NCBI GenBank assembly: GCA_050010255.1 | Contig: JBEKLJ010000001.1 | Coordinates: 960-64,959, forward strand | Origin: Bryobacteraceae bacterium | GTDB lineage: Bacteria > Acidobacteriota > Terriglobia > Bryobacterales > Bryobacteraceae | Length of the DNA: 64,000 nt | Direction: 5' to 3' | Program-made: the position numbers and the translations under genes | The notes under the pieces: generated by a model | The model's database searches: none | Seen by the model: the letters and a program-made list of their open reading frames with translations, nothing else | Told to the model about the DNA's origin: nothing | Part shown: piece by piece, positions 47,645 through 56,857 of the stretch | Layout of the letters: each line of letters begins with the position of its first letter | How positions within the stretch are numbered: position 1 is the first letter of the stretch

Positions 47645-47905
47645 CCCGATGGCTGCGCGCGCCCATCCGCGATTTGGGAATTGCGCGGCCGCCGGACCGC
47701 TGGTAGGATGGAGGCATCACTGAGGAAGGAGGTGGTCCAGGAAAATGTCAACTGGCAGTAGTAAACCGAGTGAGGTGGCCGACTGCTAAAGCTCATGCTC
47801 TGATGTGGTCGGCTTCGAATCAGTGGCGAGGCTCCGCTCCCGTGGACCGGCCGCCTCACAGATGGTTCGATGAGCCGCCGGCTCATCCTACATGGCTACC
47901 AGATA

Positions 47906-47947
47906 CCCCCGTGCCGCGCGTGAGCCCGGCACGGGGGTTTTCACTTT
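47906..47947 (+). terminator. rho-independent terminator-like hairpin plus T-tract, with no annotated gene directly upstream
   Basis: CCCCCGTGCCG-loop-CGGCACGGGGG followed by TTTTCACTTT. Lies 477 nt after the M20 stop and 73 nt before rpmE. Confidence 0.55.
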
Positions 47948-48019
47948 CCGGCCGGTGAGCGGCCCCGCCTGCTATACTGTCAGAGGAAACCGTAGGAAGC
48001 TGAAAGGATACTCGCGTCC

Positions 48020-48241
48020 ATGAAGGCTGGGATTCATCCCGCGTACAACGCGGTCAACGTCATTTGCGCCTGCGGCAGCACCTTCACCACCCGCTCCACC
48101 CACAAGGGCGACATCCGCGTGGAAATCTGCTCCAAGTGCCACCCGTTTTTCACCGGCCGCCAGAGGCTGGTAGACACGGCCGGCCGCATCGAGAAGTTCC
48201 AGAGGAAGTACAACCGCAAGCCCGAACCCGCTAAGGCGTAA
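48020..48241 (+). CDS. rpmE: 50S ribosomal protein L31
   Basis: [27 protein letters not shown]...[10 protein letters not shown], the Cys-containing (zinc-type) form. Confidence 0.97.
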   Translation: MKAGIHPAYNAVNVICACGSTFTTRSTHKGDIRVEICSKCHPFFTGRQRLVDTAGRIEKFQRKYNRKPEPAKA

Positions 48242-48302
48242 CGCCCGTCCCCGCGCCGGATTCGGAGCGGCAGTTCCGATTCCATTCCAAGTCGCAATAC
48301 TT

Positions 48303-48725
48303 CTAAGAGCCTGGTGGAGGCGGAGGCCTTCTGCCCTCGTGCCCGCCCCTATGATCGCGCTCCCGCTCCTGGCGCATCTTCTCGTACTCGGCGCGCTGCT
48401 GATCGTCGAGCATGGCGCGGATTAGCCGCGCCTGCTCCTCCTGGAGCGCCCGCACATCGGGCCTGTACTTCTCACGCAGTACCGTGAAGCGCTCGTGGGT
48501 CTGCTCCAGGATGGCCTCGAGCCGGCTCATCTGGTCTGGCCGCAGCTTCAGCCGCGAATGCATGTCGTTGATGTAGCGCGTGCGCAGCGCCTCGGGACCG
48601 CAGGGGCCGCTTCTGGCGCTCGTCGAGCGCAGGTGGTAAAACCTGAAACCCACGCCGCCCACCAGGACGCCGCTGAGGAACACCAGGCACAAGTAAACGA
48701 TGGCTGAGACGTTGGAGCGTTTCAT
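48303..48725 (-). CDS. membrane-anchored Spy/CpxP-like (LTxxQ-type) periplasmic protein
   Basis: N-terminal TM segment. LRPDQMSRLEAIL and DDQQRAEYEKM helical repeats. 4-nt overlap with the anti-sigma gene. Confidence 0.55.
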   Translation of the reverse strand: MKRSNVSAIVYLCLVFLSGVLVGGVGFRFYHLRSTSARSGPCGPEALRTRYINDMHSRLKLRPDQMSRLEAILEQTHERFTVLREKYRPDVRALQEEQARLIRAMLDDQQRAEYEKMRQERERDHRGGHEGRRPPPPPGS

Positions 48726-49060
48726 TGCGAGTTCTCGTTCACGGCCTGGATGATCTCTGTGTCGGCCAGGCTGTCAGGCACCTGGCTGGCCGCCAGCGTT
48801 TCCAGGTAGGTGGGCGGCGCCGGCGAAACGCCCTTCAGGTAGACGCCCATGGCGAGCGAGGCCAGGGCGGCGGCGGTGACGATGCCCTGCGCCAGGCGCC
48901 GCCAGGTGAAGGCAAACGCCCGCCGGGCCTCGATCTTTCGCCACAGCCCGGGCATGAAGTCCGGACTCGGCTCGGGATCCGGGCAGGCGTCGCAGTACGC
49001 CGCCAAAAGAGCATCCAGCCGCTCTTCCGGTGGGCCGCTTCGCACGCGATCATCGTTCAC
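48722..49060 (-). CDS. putative anti-sigma factor (single TM)
   Basis: 112 aa, a cytoplasmic N-terminus with Cys/Asp pairs and one TM segment. Immediately downstream of the ECF sigma gene. Confidence 0.5.
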   Translation of the reverse strand: MNDDRVRSGPPEERLDALLAAYCDACPDPEPSPDFMPGLWRKIEARRAFAFTWRRLAQGIVTAAALASLAMGVYLKGVSPAPPTYLETLAASQVPDSLADTEIIQAVNENSQ

Positions 49061-49071
49061 GATGAAACCCC

Positions 49072-49662
49072 CTATCTCACCAGCCGGGCGCCGACGCTCT
49101 TGCCCTCCGACGCCTCAAAAGCCTTCAGGGCCCGCTGCCGGGCTCGGAACAGCCTCACCTTCAGAGCATTCTCCCTGACGCCGTAGACCTTTTCAAGCTC
49201 TTTCAGCGACAGGCCCTCCATCTCTTTCAGCGAGAGCAGAATGCGATCCTGCTCCGGGATCGAGCGCAGCAGTGTATCCGCCTGCTCGCGGACGCGCTTG
49301 CGCCTCTCGTCCTCGTCCTGCCGCCTGGTGCCGGCGGCCGCGTCGGCCAGCACCACCTGTTGCTCGGACAGGTCCGCCATGCGCGCTTCGGCGCGCCGGC
49401 GCCGCTTGCGCAAGTAATCGTACGCCGCGTTCACCGTCAACCGGTAGAGCCAGGGCTCGAAAACCTCCGGGCTGCGCAACTGGTCGAGAGAAAAGTACAG
49501 CCGGAGGAAGACCTCCTGCCCCACGTCCTCCACGTCCTCGGGCCGTCCGATGAGCCGCGCGATCGTGCCCAGGATCCGCTTGCGATAAGCTTGCACCACC
49601 TCGCTGTAGGCGGCATCTTCGCCCTCCCGGGCCCGTTTGATCAACTCGAAATCGACCAGCAT
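49072..49662 (-). CDS. RNA polymerase ECF-type sigma-70 factor
   Basis: Region 2 (DVEDVGQEVFLRLY...PWLYRLTVNAAYDYLRKRRR) and region 4 (LSLKELEKVYGVRENALKVRLFRARQRL). Confidence 0.9.
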   Translation of the reverse strand: MLVDFELIKRAREGEDAAYSEVVQAYRKRILGTIARLIGRPEDVEDVGQEVFLRLYFSLDQLRSPEVFEPWLYRLTVNAAYDYLRKRRRRAEARMADLSEQQVVLADAAAGTRRQDEDERRKRVREQADTLLRSIPEQDRILLSLKEMEGLSLKELEKVYGVRENALKVRLFRARQRALKAFEASEGKSVGARLVR

Positions 49663-50205
49663 GCGGCGCTGCAGCCGGCATTCCGCGAGGTCCTCGCGTC
49701 CCTCTGTCGGAATTGGCGAACCGGCAAGTCTACAGGTTACAAGGGATTACCGATGGAGTGCAAAACCACTCGCGCAGCCTGCGCTGCCACGAGGCGGCCC
49801 GACGGTCGCTGCCACCTCAGTGGGCTGGCCCGGCAGCGCGCTGATACTGCCGGAGCGAGCGGATCAGCGCGTTCACTGCCGACCGCCGTTCGTACAACCG
49901 TTGCAGCCGCCTACGGATGACGTGGAGAGATGCCGGTACACACCGAGCCATGCACTGCTTTTAGCACGACACCCCCGGCGCATCAATGCCCTCTTGATCG
50001 CTGCATGCTAAGGTCTATTGGGGGTCAGCTCCCCCCAAAGGGGGTGACAATTCGTCGTCACCGGGGCTGCCGTAGCCGGCCGCCATGGCGTGCTAAAATT
50101 GAATCGCAGCAATTAGTTGCAGGGAGTCTCGCTAGGTCCGTTTCGGGCCCTCTCGACCGCCCGCAGGCTGCCGCGCGGCGTGCCCGCTCCGGCAAGACGA
50201 TTCTC

Positions 50206-52524
50206 ATGGACTTTCTGGAAGGCCTCAACCCGCCGCAGCGCGAAGCGGTTGCCTATGCCGGGGGTCCGCTGCTGATCCTGGCCGGTGCGGGAAGCGGCAA
50301 GACCCGGGTGATTACTCACCGCGTCGCCCACCTGGTCCACGCGCACCGCGTGCCGCCATCGGCCATTGTCGCCGTGACCTTCACCAACAAGGCGGCCCAG
50401 GAGATGCGCGAGCGCGTGGAGGGGCTGCTGGGGCATTCCTACGCCCTGGGCGAGCTGGTGGTCTCGACGTTTCACTCCTTCTGCGTCCGGCTGCTGCGGA
50501 GGGACGGGGCGCGGCTCGCCGAACTGCGCCCGGGCTTCACGCGCGGCTTCACCATCTACGACGAGGATGACCAACTGGCCCTGGTGAAGGCGGCCTCGCG
50601 GCAGCTCGGGCTCGACGAGAAGCAGTTCATGCCGTATCGCGCGGCGCTGGGGCGCATCAGCCACGCCAAGAACCACAAACTCTCGCCCCCGGACGTCTAC
50701 AAGACGGCCAAGGACCTCAAAATGAGCCGGCTGGCCTCCGTCTACGAGGAGTATGAAGGCCGGCTGCGGCAGGCCAATGCCCTCGATTTCGACGACCTGC
50801 TGCTCGAAGCCGTCCGCCTGCTCGAGCATGATGAGGACCTTCGGCGCGCCTGGAACCAGCGCATCGCGCACCTGCTCATCGACGAGTATCAGGACACCAA
50901 CCGCAGCCAGTACGAGCTGATGCGCCTGCTCAGCCAGGCCCATCAGAACGTTTGCGCGGTGGGTGATGAGGACCAGTCGATCTATAGCTGGCGCGGGGCA
51001 GACATCAACAACATCCTGGACTTCGAAGGGGACTACCCGAACGCGCGGCTTATCCGCCTGGAGCAGAACTACCGCTCGACCAAGAACATCCTGGCCTCGG
51101 CCAGCGCGCTCGTGGCGCACAATCGGGAGCGGAAGGGCAAGCGGCTGTGGACCTCGGCGCAGGGGGGCGCCCCGGTCGGGTTCTGCGAAGCCTACGACGC
51201 CGAGCAGGAAGCGCTGTTCATCGCCGACACCATCGAGAGCGTCCTGTTTGGGAACCCGGGCGACCGCGTCGCGGTGCTCTACCGGACCAACGCCCAGTCG
51301 CGGCAGATCGAAGAAGCCTTGCGGCGCTATGGGCGCAAGTATCAGGTGATCGGCGGCTTCAGCTTCTACCAGCGGGCGGAGATCAAGGACATCCTGGCCT
51401 ACTTGAAGGTGCTGGTGGCGCCGCAGGATTCCGTCAACCTGCTGCGCATCATCAACACGCCGGCGCGCGGCCTCGGCAAGAGCGCCATCGAGCAGATCGA
51501 GCGGTGCGCGCGCGAGCACGGCGTGAACCACTGGAGCGCCATCCTGCGCTTGCTCGATGAGAAACAGCTTCCCACCCGGGCGGCGGCCGCGTTGGAGGGC
51601 TTCCGGACGCTGATCGAGGGCCTGCGGGAAACTGCGGCGGTCGAGCCGCTCCACGAAGTCGTGCGGGCGGTCCTCGACCGGACCGGCTACCTGAAAACGC
51701 TCGAGGCCGACCAGACCCCGGACGCTGAGGCGCGCCAGGAGAACCTGACCGAGCTTGTCAACGCCGCCTCCGACGCCGCCGCGCGCGGCGAGGGCATCCC
51801 CGAGTTCCTGGATCACGCCGCGCTGGTCTCGGAAGCCGACGCCATCGACGAGCAGGCGCAGGTGTGCCTCATGACGGCGCACAATGCCAAGGGGCTCGAG
51901 TTCCCGGCGGTCATTATCTGCGGCCTCGAGGAGGGCTTGTTTCCACACGGCCGCTCGCTCGATTCCCGGGCCGCGATGGAGGAGGAGCGCCGGCTGTGCT
52001 ACGTGGCCATGACCCGGGCCCAGAAACGGCTAGTCCTGACCTGCGCGCGCTACCGGCGCCGCTACGGCGGGGAGCACGCGGAGGCGTCGCAGCCGTCGCG
52101 CTTCCTGAGCGAGATTCCCCTGGAGTTCACCGAGGTTCTCGGGCGGGTCGCGGCGCCGCCGCCGCAGGTGGACCTGGCGGGGGACCAATACCTGGTGCGC
52201 CAGGCGGCGCGGAAGAATCTCTACACCGGCAAGACGTATAATTCATTAGAAAACATCGCGGAGTTTTTCGCGGCCCGGGGCGTGGCCACGGATCTTCCGG
52301 TGACGGGCGCGCCGCGGACCCAGCCGCCCCCGCCGCGGGTTGCGCCCTCGGTTCGGAGATCGAAGTTCTCGGTCGGCTCGTCGGTCGAGCATCCGCGCTA
52401 TGGAAACGGCACCATCGTCCGGCGCGAAGGGGAGGGTGAGGACGCCAAACTCACGGTCAGCTTCCCGGGACACGGGCTGAAAAAGATCATTGCGAAGTAC
52501 GCAGGACTGAAGACAGCGGAATGA
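50206..52524 (+). CDS. ATP-dependent DNA helicase, UvrD/PcrA/Rep family
   Basis: 772 aa from ATG 50206 (MDFLEGLNPPQREAV). AGAGSGKT Walker A, DEYQDT, and a C-terminal Tudor-like tail. Confidence 0.95.
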   Translation: MDFLEGLNPPQREAVAYAGGPLLILAGAGSGKTRVITHRVAHLVHAHRVPPSAIVAVTFTNKAAQEMRERVEGLLGHSYALGELVVSTFHSFCVRLLRRDGARLAELRPGFTRGFTIYDEDDQLALVKAASRQLGLDEKQFMPYRAALGRISHAKNHKLSPPDVYKTAKDLKMSRLASVYEEYEGRLRQANALDFDDLLLEAVRLLEHDEDLRRAWNQRIAHLLIDEYQDTNRSQYELMRLLSQAHQNVCAVGDEDQSIYSWRGADINNILDFEGDYPNARLIRLEQNYRSTKNILASASALVAHNRERKGKRLWTSAQGGAPVGFCEAYDAEQEALFIADTIESVLFGNPGDRVAVLYRTNAQSRQIEEALRRYGRKYQVIGGFSFYQRAEIKDILAYLKVLVAPQDSVNLLRIINTPARGLGKSAIEQIERCAREHGVNHWSAILRLLDEKQLPTRAAAALEGFRTLIEGLRETAAVEPLHEVVRAVLDRTGYLKTLEADQTPDAEARQENLTELVNAASDAAARGEGIPEFLDHAALVSEADAIDEQAQVCLMTAHNAKGLEFPAVIICGLEEGLFPHGRSLDSRAAMEEERRLCYVAMTRAQKRLVLTCARYRRRYGGEHAEASQPSRFLSEIPLEFTEVLGRVAAPPPQVDLAGDQYLVRQAARKNLYTGKTYNSLENIAEFFAARGVATDLPVTGAPRTQPPPPRVAPSVRRSKFSVGSSVEHPRYGNGTIVRREGEGEDAKLTVSFPGHGLKKIIAKYAGLKTAE

Positions 52525-52679
52525 ACACAAAAAACATCACCGACAAAGCGGAACGCAAGGATGCCAAGCGGAAGGCCCGCAAGCGCCAGCCGCCCAAGCC
52601 GAAGCGGGCCGCGGGCGTGGCCCGCGGCTCCCACAAACACAAGGTCACGAAGATGGTCAAGGGCCAGCGGAAACGCTGA
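52521..52679 (+). CDS. unannotated 52-aa highly basic ORF (MNTKNITDKAERKDAKRKARKRQPPKPKRAAGVARGSHKHKVTKMVKGQRKR)
   Basis: Read by hand; below the ORF-track size cut-off. Its ATG overlaps the helicase TGA as ATGA. Confidence 0.4.
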   Translation: MNTKNITDKAERKDAKRKARKRQPPKPKRAAGVARGSHKHKVTKMVKGQRKR

Positions 52680-52709
52680 GCGCCGCGCTGAGATTCCGTC
52701 CCCGGCGCC

Positions 52710-54230
52710 GTGCGGCTGGCTCTGGGGACGATTGCGCCCGTGTCCCAGCTACTCCGAACTAAGAACATCGACCAGCTCATCGCCGAGTCCGAGGCGCCCG
52801 GCAAGCGGCTGCGCAAGACGCTCGGGCCCTGGAGCCTGGCGGCCCTTGGAATCGGCGCCGTCATCGGCTCGGGGATTTTTATCCTCACGGGCACCGCCGC
52901 GGCCGGCGAGCAGGGCTTCGATTCCATTCTCAAGGCCCCGATTCTGGATCTGCTGCTCCACGGCGGACACGCGGTCTCGACCGCGGGCCGCCCGGGCGCC
53001 GGGCCGGCCATCGCGCTCTCCTTTCTGCTGACCGCCGTGGCGTGCAGCTTCGCCGCCCTGTGCTATGCGGAGCTCGCCTCCATGATCCCCGTCGCCGGCA
53101 GCGCGTACACCTACGCATACGCCACCCTGGGAGAGATCTTCGCCTGGATCATCGGCTGGGACCTGATCCTGGAGTACGCCGTGTCCAACATGGCCGTGGC
53201 CGTGGGGTTTTCGGCGTACTTCAACGACCTGCTCGACAGCCTGTTCGGCATCCACCTGCCGCCGCAGTTGTCCAAGCCCATCTTTGCCGGCGGCCACCCC
53301 ACGGGGAGCTGGTTCAACCTGCCGGCCCTGATCGTGCTGCTCGTTCTCACCTGGATTCTGGTGCGCGGGGTCCGCCAGAGCGCGCGCGCCAACAACCTGA
53401 TGGTGGCCATCAAGATCACCGCCATCCTGATCTTCGTCGTGGGCGCGGCGGGCGCGGTGCGGGCGGAGAACTGGCGGCCCTTCATGCCCAACGGCTTCTC
53501 CGGCGTGATGACCGGCGCGGCGATCGTTTTCTTCACCTACATCGGGTTCGATTCGGTCTCGACCGCGGCCGAGGAGTGCCGCCGGCCGCAGCGCGACCTG
53601 CCGTTTGGCATCGTCACCAGCCTGATCGTCTGCGCGCTGCTGTACATCGCCGTGGCGCTGGTGCTCACCGGGATCGCGAAGTGGAACACGCTCGGAACGG
53701 ACGCCCCGGTGGCCGACGCGCTCAGGATGCTGGGCTATGAGTCGATTCGGCGCTGGGTGGTGCTGGGCGCCCTCCTGGGCATGCTGTCTTCGCTGCTGGT
53801 GTTCCAGTACGGGCAGGCGCGGGTGTGGTTCGCCATGTCTCGCGACGGCCTGCTGCCCGCGGCGTTCTCGAAGGTTCACCCGCGGCACCGCACGCCGCAC
53901 GTGAGCACCTGGATCGCGGGGCTGGCGGTGGGCATCCCGGCGGGCATCTGGGACGTGGGCACGTTCGCGGACTTGGCCAACATTGGGACGCTGTTCGCCT
54001 TCGTCGTGGTCTCGGCCGCCGTGATCGTCCTCCGGCGCACGCAGCCGGACCGCCCGCGCGCTTTTCGCATGCCGGGAGTCCCCTGGCTGCCGTGGGTTTC
54101 CATCGGCGGCTGCCTGTTGCTGATGCTGAGCCTGCCGCTGGAGACCTGGGTCCGCTTCGTCGTCTGGCTCATTATCGGGCTGGGCGTCTACTATGCGTTC
54201 GGCAGGAAGCACAGCCGGCTGAGAGGATGA
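52710..54230 (+). CDS. amino acid permease (APC superfamily)
   Basis: About 12 TM segments. LLRTKNIDQLIAESE...LGPWSLAALGIGAVIGSGIF N-terminus. The start may be GTG 52740 rather than GTG 52710. Confidence 0.9.
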   Translation: MRLALGTIAPVSQLLRTKNIDQLIAESEAPGKRLRKTLGPWSLAALGIGAVIGSGIFILTGTAAAGEQGFDSILKAPILDLLLHGGHAVSTAGRPGAGPAIALSFLLTAVACSFAALCYAELASMIPVAGSAYTYAYATLGEIFAWIIGWDLILEYAVSNMAVAVGFSAYFNDLLDSLFGIHLPPQLSKPIFAGGHPTGSWFNLPALIVLLVLTWILVRGVRQSARANNLMVAIKITAILIFVVGAAGAVRAENWRPFMPNGFSGVMTGAAIVFFTYIGFDSVSTAAEECRRPQRDLPFGIVTSLIVCALLYIAVALVLTGIAKWNTLGTDAPVADALRMLGYESIRRWVVLGALLGMLSSLLVFQYGQARVWFAMSRDGLLPAAFSKVHPRHRTPHVSTWIAGLAVGIPAGIWDVGTFADLANIGTLFAFVVVSAAVIVLRRTQPDRPRAFRMPGVPWLPWVSIGGCLLLMLSLPLETWVRFVVWLIIGLGVYYAFGRKHSRLRG

Positions 54231-54343
54231 CAGGCCGCTCCGTCCCGGCCGAGGGGGCCGCCCGGGCGCGGTTTCTCTGCAATGCCCCGCAACTTCGCTC
54301 CCACGGCTCGGGTTCTTTCTGGTAGAGGAGATCTCAACCAACC

Positions 54344-54898
54344 ATGAAGAACTGCAACCTGCTTCGATGCGCCGGCGGAGCATTGATCTTGACCGGCCTG
54401 ATGTTTGCGCAAGCGCCGCCTCCGGCCGGGCCTGCCGGTGGCGGACCGGGCATGCCGGGCCCCCGCGCACGGGCGGCACACCACTTTGAGCGGCTCGCCG
54501 CCGTTCTGAACCTTACCGAGGACCAGAAGACCCAGATCCGCTCGATCATCCGGCAATCGGCCGAGCAGGCCAAACCGGTGCGCGTCCAAGTGCGCGACAA
54601 CCATAAGGCGATCGAGCAACTCGTCCACAGCGCCACGGCGGGACCGGACTTCGACAAGCAGCTCCAGGACCTGGCGAACGCCCAGGGGTCGCTGACCGCC
54701 CAACTGGCGGTGATCCACGCCAAGGCGCAGTCGCAGATCTGGGCGCTCCTGACTACCGAGCAGCGCCAGAAGGCCGAGATAGTGCGGCAGCTCCTGGGGC
54801 CGGGACCGGATGGCCTGATGTGGGGCGGCCCGGGCGGCGGCGGCGTGGGCAGGGGTATGGGCATGGGCCGGCGCATGCCTCCCGGACCGGCGCAGTAA
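54344..54898 (+). CDS. Spy/CpxP-family periplasmic chaperone-like protein
   Basis: Signal peptide. LTEDQ and LTTEQ (LTxxQ) motifs. Gly/Pro-rich tail. Confidence 0.75.
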   Translation: MKNCNLLRCAGGALILTGLMFAQAPPPAGPAGGGPGMPGPRARAAHHFERLAAVLNLTEDQKTQIRSIIRQSAEQAKPVRVQVRDNHKAIEQLVHSATAGPDFDKQLQDLANAQGSLTAQLAVIHAKAQSQIWALLTTEQRQKAEIVRQLLGPGPDGLMWGGPGGGGVGRGMGMGRRMPPGPAQ

Positions 54899-54933
54899 CC
54901 GGGCAGGGCGCGGCCAGCCCCGATGCGTGTGGA

Positions 54934-54955
54934 GGGGCCGATCATGATCGGCCCC
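54934..54955. terminator. 22-nt perfect palindrome GGGGCCGATCA|TGATCGGCCCC between convergent genes
   Basis: Read directly. A related GATCATGATCG core recurs at about 59221. Confidence 0.45.
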
Positions 54956-54965
54956 CACGCGCGCG

Positions 54966-56048
54966 CTACTTCAACCGGCAGAGCGGATCGCCGAGCACGA
55001 TGTTCTGCCAGCTCAGAGCCGGGATCGCCAGGTAGTAACTCTCCGCCAGCGTGCGCCCGCTCAGATAGGCAGGGAAGAGCAGGTCGGGCCGCGGCGTCCG
55101 GGGCAGATAAGGCTCGTACACATGGCCCGAGACGCCGGTGGCGCCCTCGTGGATGTAATCGGCCGAAAGCGTCTGCGGAGCGCCGGCAAACCAGTGGGTG
55201 GGGTCCTGCCAAGTGCTGATGTTCCAGTCGTCCGGCGGGCGCGCGAAGGTCCGGCCGTTGCTGGAAACGTACTCAGTGACGATGGCGCCCGGCAGCCACT
55301 GGAACCCTAGAAACCGCTGCTTGCGGTTGGGATCGTTCGAGCCCCAGCCCCCGTAGCCGATGACATCCCGCTGGTTGTAGAGCACCTGGATCGTCTCCTC
55401 CAGCACCACCCTCTCCCGCGGCAGCAGGATGGCCGCGTTCCGCAGCCAGTCGTTTCCCATCGAGTCGTCGTTTGACCGCAGGTCCAGGACCACGCGCCCG
55501 CGGTTCGTTGCGGCCAGCGAGCGGTCGATCATCCCGCGGACCTCATCGAAGTCATACGCTGCCAGGCGGCAGACCAGGTACATGGGGAAGTGCCCGTGGG
55601 TGAAGGGCTCCTCGCGGTGGCGGAAAAACGGATTGACGACCGCGCCAGCCAGCGCGTGCTTCTGCCCATGCAGGTCCCCATACAGCAGGGTCAGCTCGGA
55701 ATCGACGGCCGCCTGGTCGCCCTGCGGGCCGCCGGAGCCTTCGATCTTGAGCGGCACTCCGAGTGTGGTCGCGATGTACAGGATCGTCTCTTCCAGCCGC
55801 TTCGATCTCAGGCAGGCCGCGATCGGGGCCGCCACCTGCTTGTCGTAAACCTCGCGGGAAACGGTCTCTGTGGCCGGTGCGTCGATCAGGCAGACGTTGG
55901 CGCGCGGAATCCCGCGCCGGAACGAGTAGTACTGGCCGATCTGGCGCGAGACGACCGAATTGCGATTGACCACGACCAGGACGTTCTCCGGCCCCTGGGC
56001 CAGCACGACGGTCGCCACCAGGAACCCGAGTGCTGCGCCTCGCTGCAC
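54966..56048 (-). CDS. TIGR03790-like conserved hypothetical protein (secreted)
   Basis: VLVVVNRNSVVSRQIGQYYSFRRGIPRANVCLID... matches my recollection of the TIGR03790 N-terminal pattern. Not verifiable here. Confidence 0.55.
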   Translation of the reverse strand: MQRGAALGFLVATVVLAQGPENVLVVVNRNSVVSRQIGQYYSFRRGIPRANVCLIDAPATETVSREVYDKQVAAPIAACLRSKRLEETILYIATTLGVPLKIEGSGGPQGDQAAVDSELTLLYGDLHGQKHALAGAVVNPFFRHREEPFTHGHFPMYLVCRLAAYDFDEVRGMIDRSLAATNRGRVVLDLRSNDDSMGNDWLRNAAILLPRERVVLEETIQVLYNQRDVIGYGGWGSNDPNRKQRFLGFQWLPGAIVTEYVSSNGRTFARPPDDWNISTWQDPTHWFAGAPQTLSADYIHEGATGVSGHVYEPYLPRTPRPDLLFPAYLSGRTLAESYYLAIPALSWQNIVLGDPLCRLK

Positions 56049-56106
56049 CTTACGAGCTTAACCCGGCTCCGCGCTCCCCATACGGTAGAATGAGATTGCT
56101 AAACGG

Positions 56107-56733
56107 ATGTCCTCTCCCGCCCCGCACCGGAATCTCCCGCTGAGTTCAGCCCTCTCCGAACAGCGCGAGGCCGTCCGCGAGCAGCTCTCTGCCGCCTGGC
56201 AGCTTCAGATGTGCCGCATCGAAGAAGCGCTCGACACAGGCTGGCGGGAGCACATCGAACAGGTGCTCGACGAGCGGTTCGCTGAGCTGGCTCTGCGTCT
56301 GGAGGCGGAATTCCACGCCGAGCTCGAGCGGCGCCTGGCCGCCGAGATCGAGGCGCTCATGCCCTCCCTGGTCGAGCGCGCGCGGCGGGAAAGCAGCGAG
56401 GAACTCAACCGCGCCGTCCCCGCCGAACCCGCTGAAGTCCCGCGCTTCACTCAGGAGGAAGAAGAGCTTCGCCTCCGCGCGCAACGCTTCGCCCGCGTGC
56501 GGGTCGCCGAGATGCGCCTCTACCGGGCCCAGGCGGTGCACGCTGGACGCGCCGCCAAGCGCCTCTACGCCGAACTCAAGGAGGATATCGATTCCGCCCG
56601 GCTGGCCTTCGAGCGTGAGTACCTCTCCGCATCGGCTGCCATGCCGGACTACCTGCACGCGGAGCTGGTCCGCACCCTGGCCAATGATGACCTTTCCGCG
56701 TTGGGCCCAGACTACCCGGGGCCGCTGGCCTAA
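56107..56733 (+). CDS. hypothetical protein (Glu/Arg/Ala-rich, predicted helical)
   Basis: 208-aa ORF with coherent composition. No motif recognised. Confidence 0.5.
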   Translation: MSSPAPHRNLPLSSALSEQREAVREQLSAAWQLQMCRIEEALDTGWREHIEQVLDERFAELALRLEAEFHAELERRLAAEIEALMPSLVERARRESSEELNRAVPAEPAEVPRFTQEEEELRLRAQRFARVRVAEMRLYRAQAVHAGRAAKRLYAELKEDIDSARLAFEREYLSASAAMPDYLHAELVRTLANDDLSALGPDYPGPLA

Positions 56734-56759
56734 CGTGCCGTTCTTGAGGAGCGGAGTAC

Positions 56760-56857
56760 GCAAAAACCGGGGCCAGACACCACTTTTCGCACTCCCGGTT
56801 CGCCGAAGACAACGGACTGACGCAAGCGAAAAGTGGCTGTCTGTCCCCGGTTTTTGC
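56760..56857. repeat. long imperfect inverted repeat (31/32-nt arms, 35-nt spacer)
   Basis: GCAAAAACCGGGGCCAGACACCACTTTTCGC ... GCGAAAAGTGGCTGTCTGTCCCCGGTTTTTGC, with one mismatch and one bulge. Confidence 0.85.

Noticed and set aside
47660-47905. Attempt to assign the unique non-coding stretch to tmRNA, RNase P RNA, SRP RNA, 6S RNA or a cobalamin riboswitch
   Set aside because: None of the hallmark motifs I can recall are present (GAGGAAAGTCCGGGC, GGTCCGGAAGGAAGCAGC, a tRNA-like 3' end with GGTTCGA(A/T)TCC...CCA, or the B12 box). It is kept only as an unclassified candidate.
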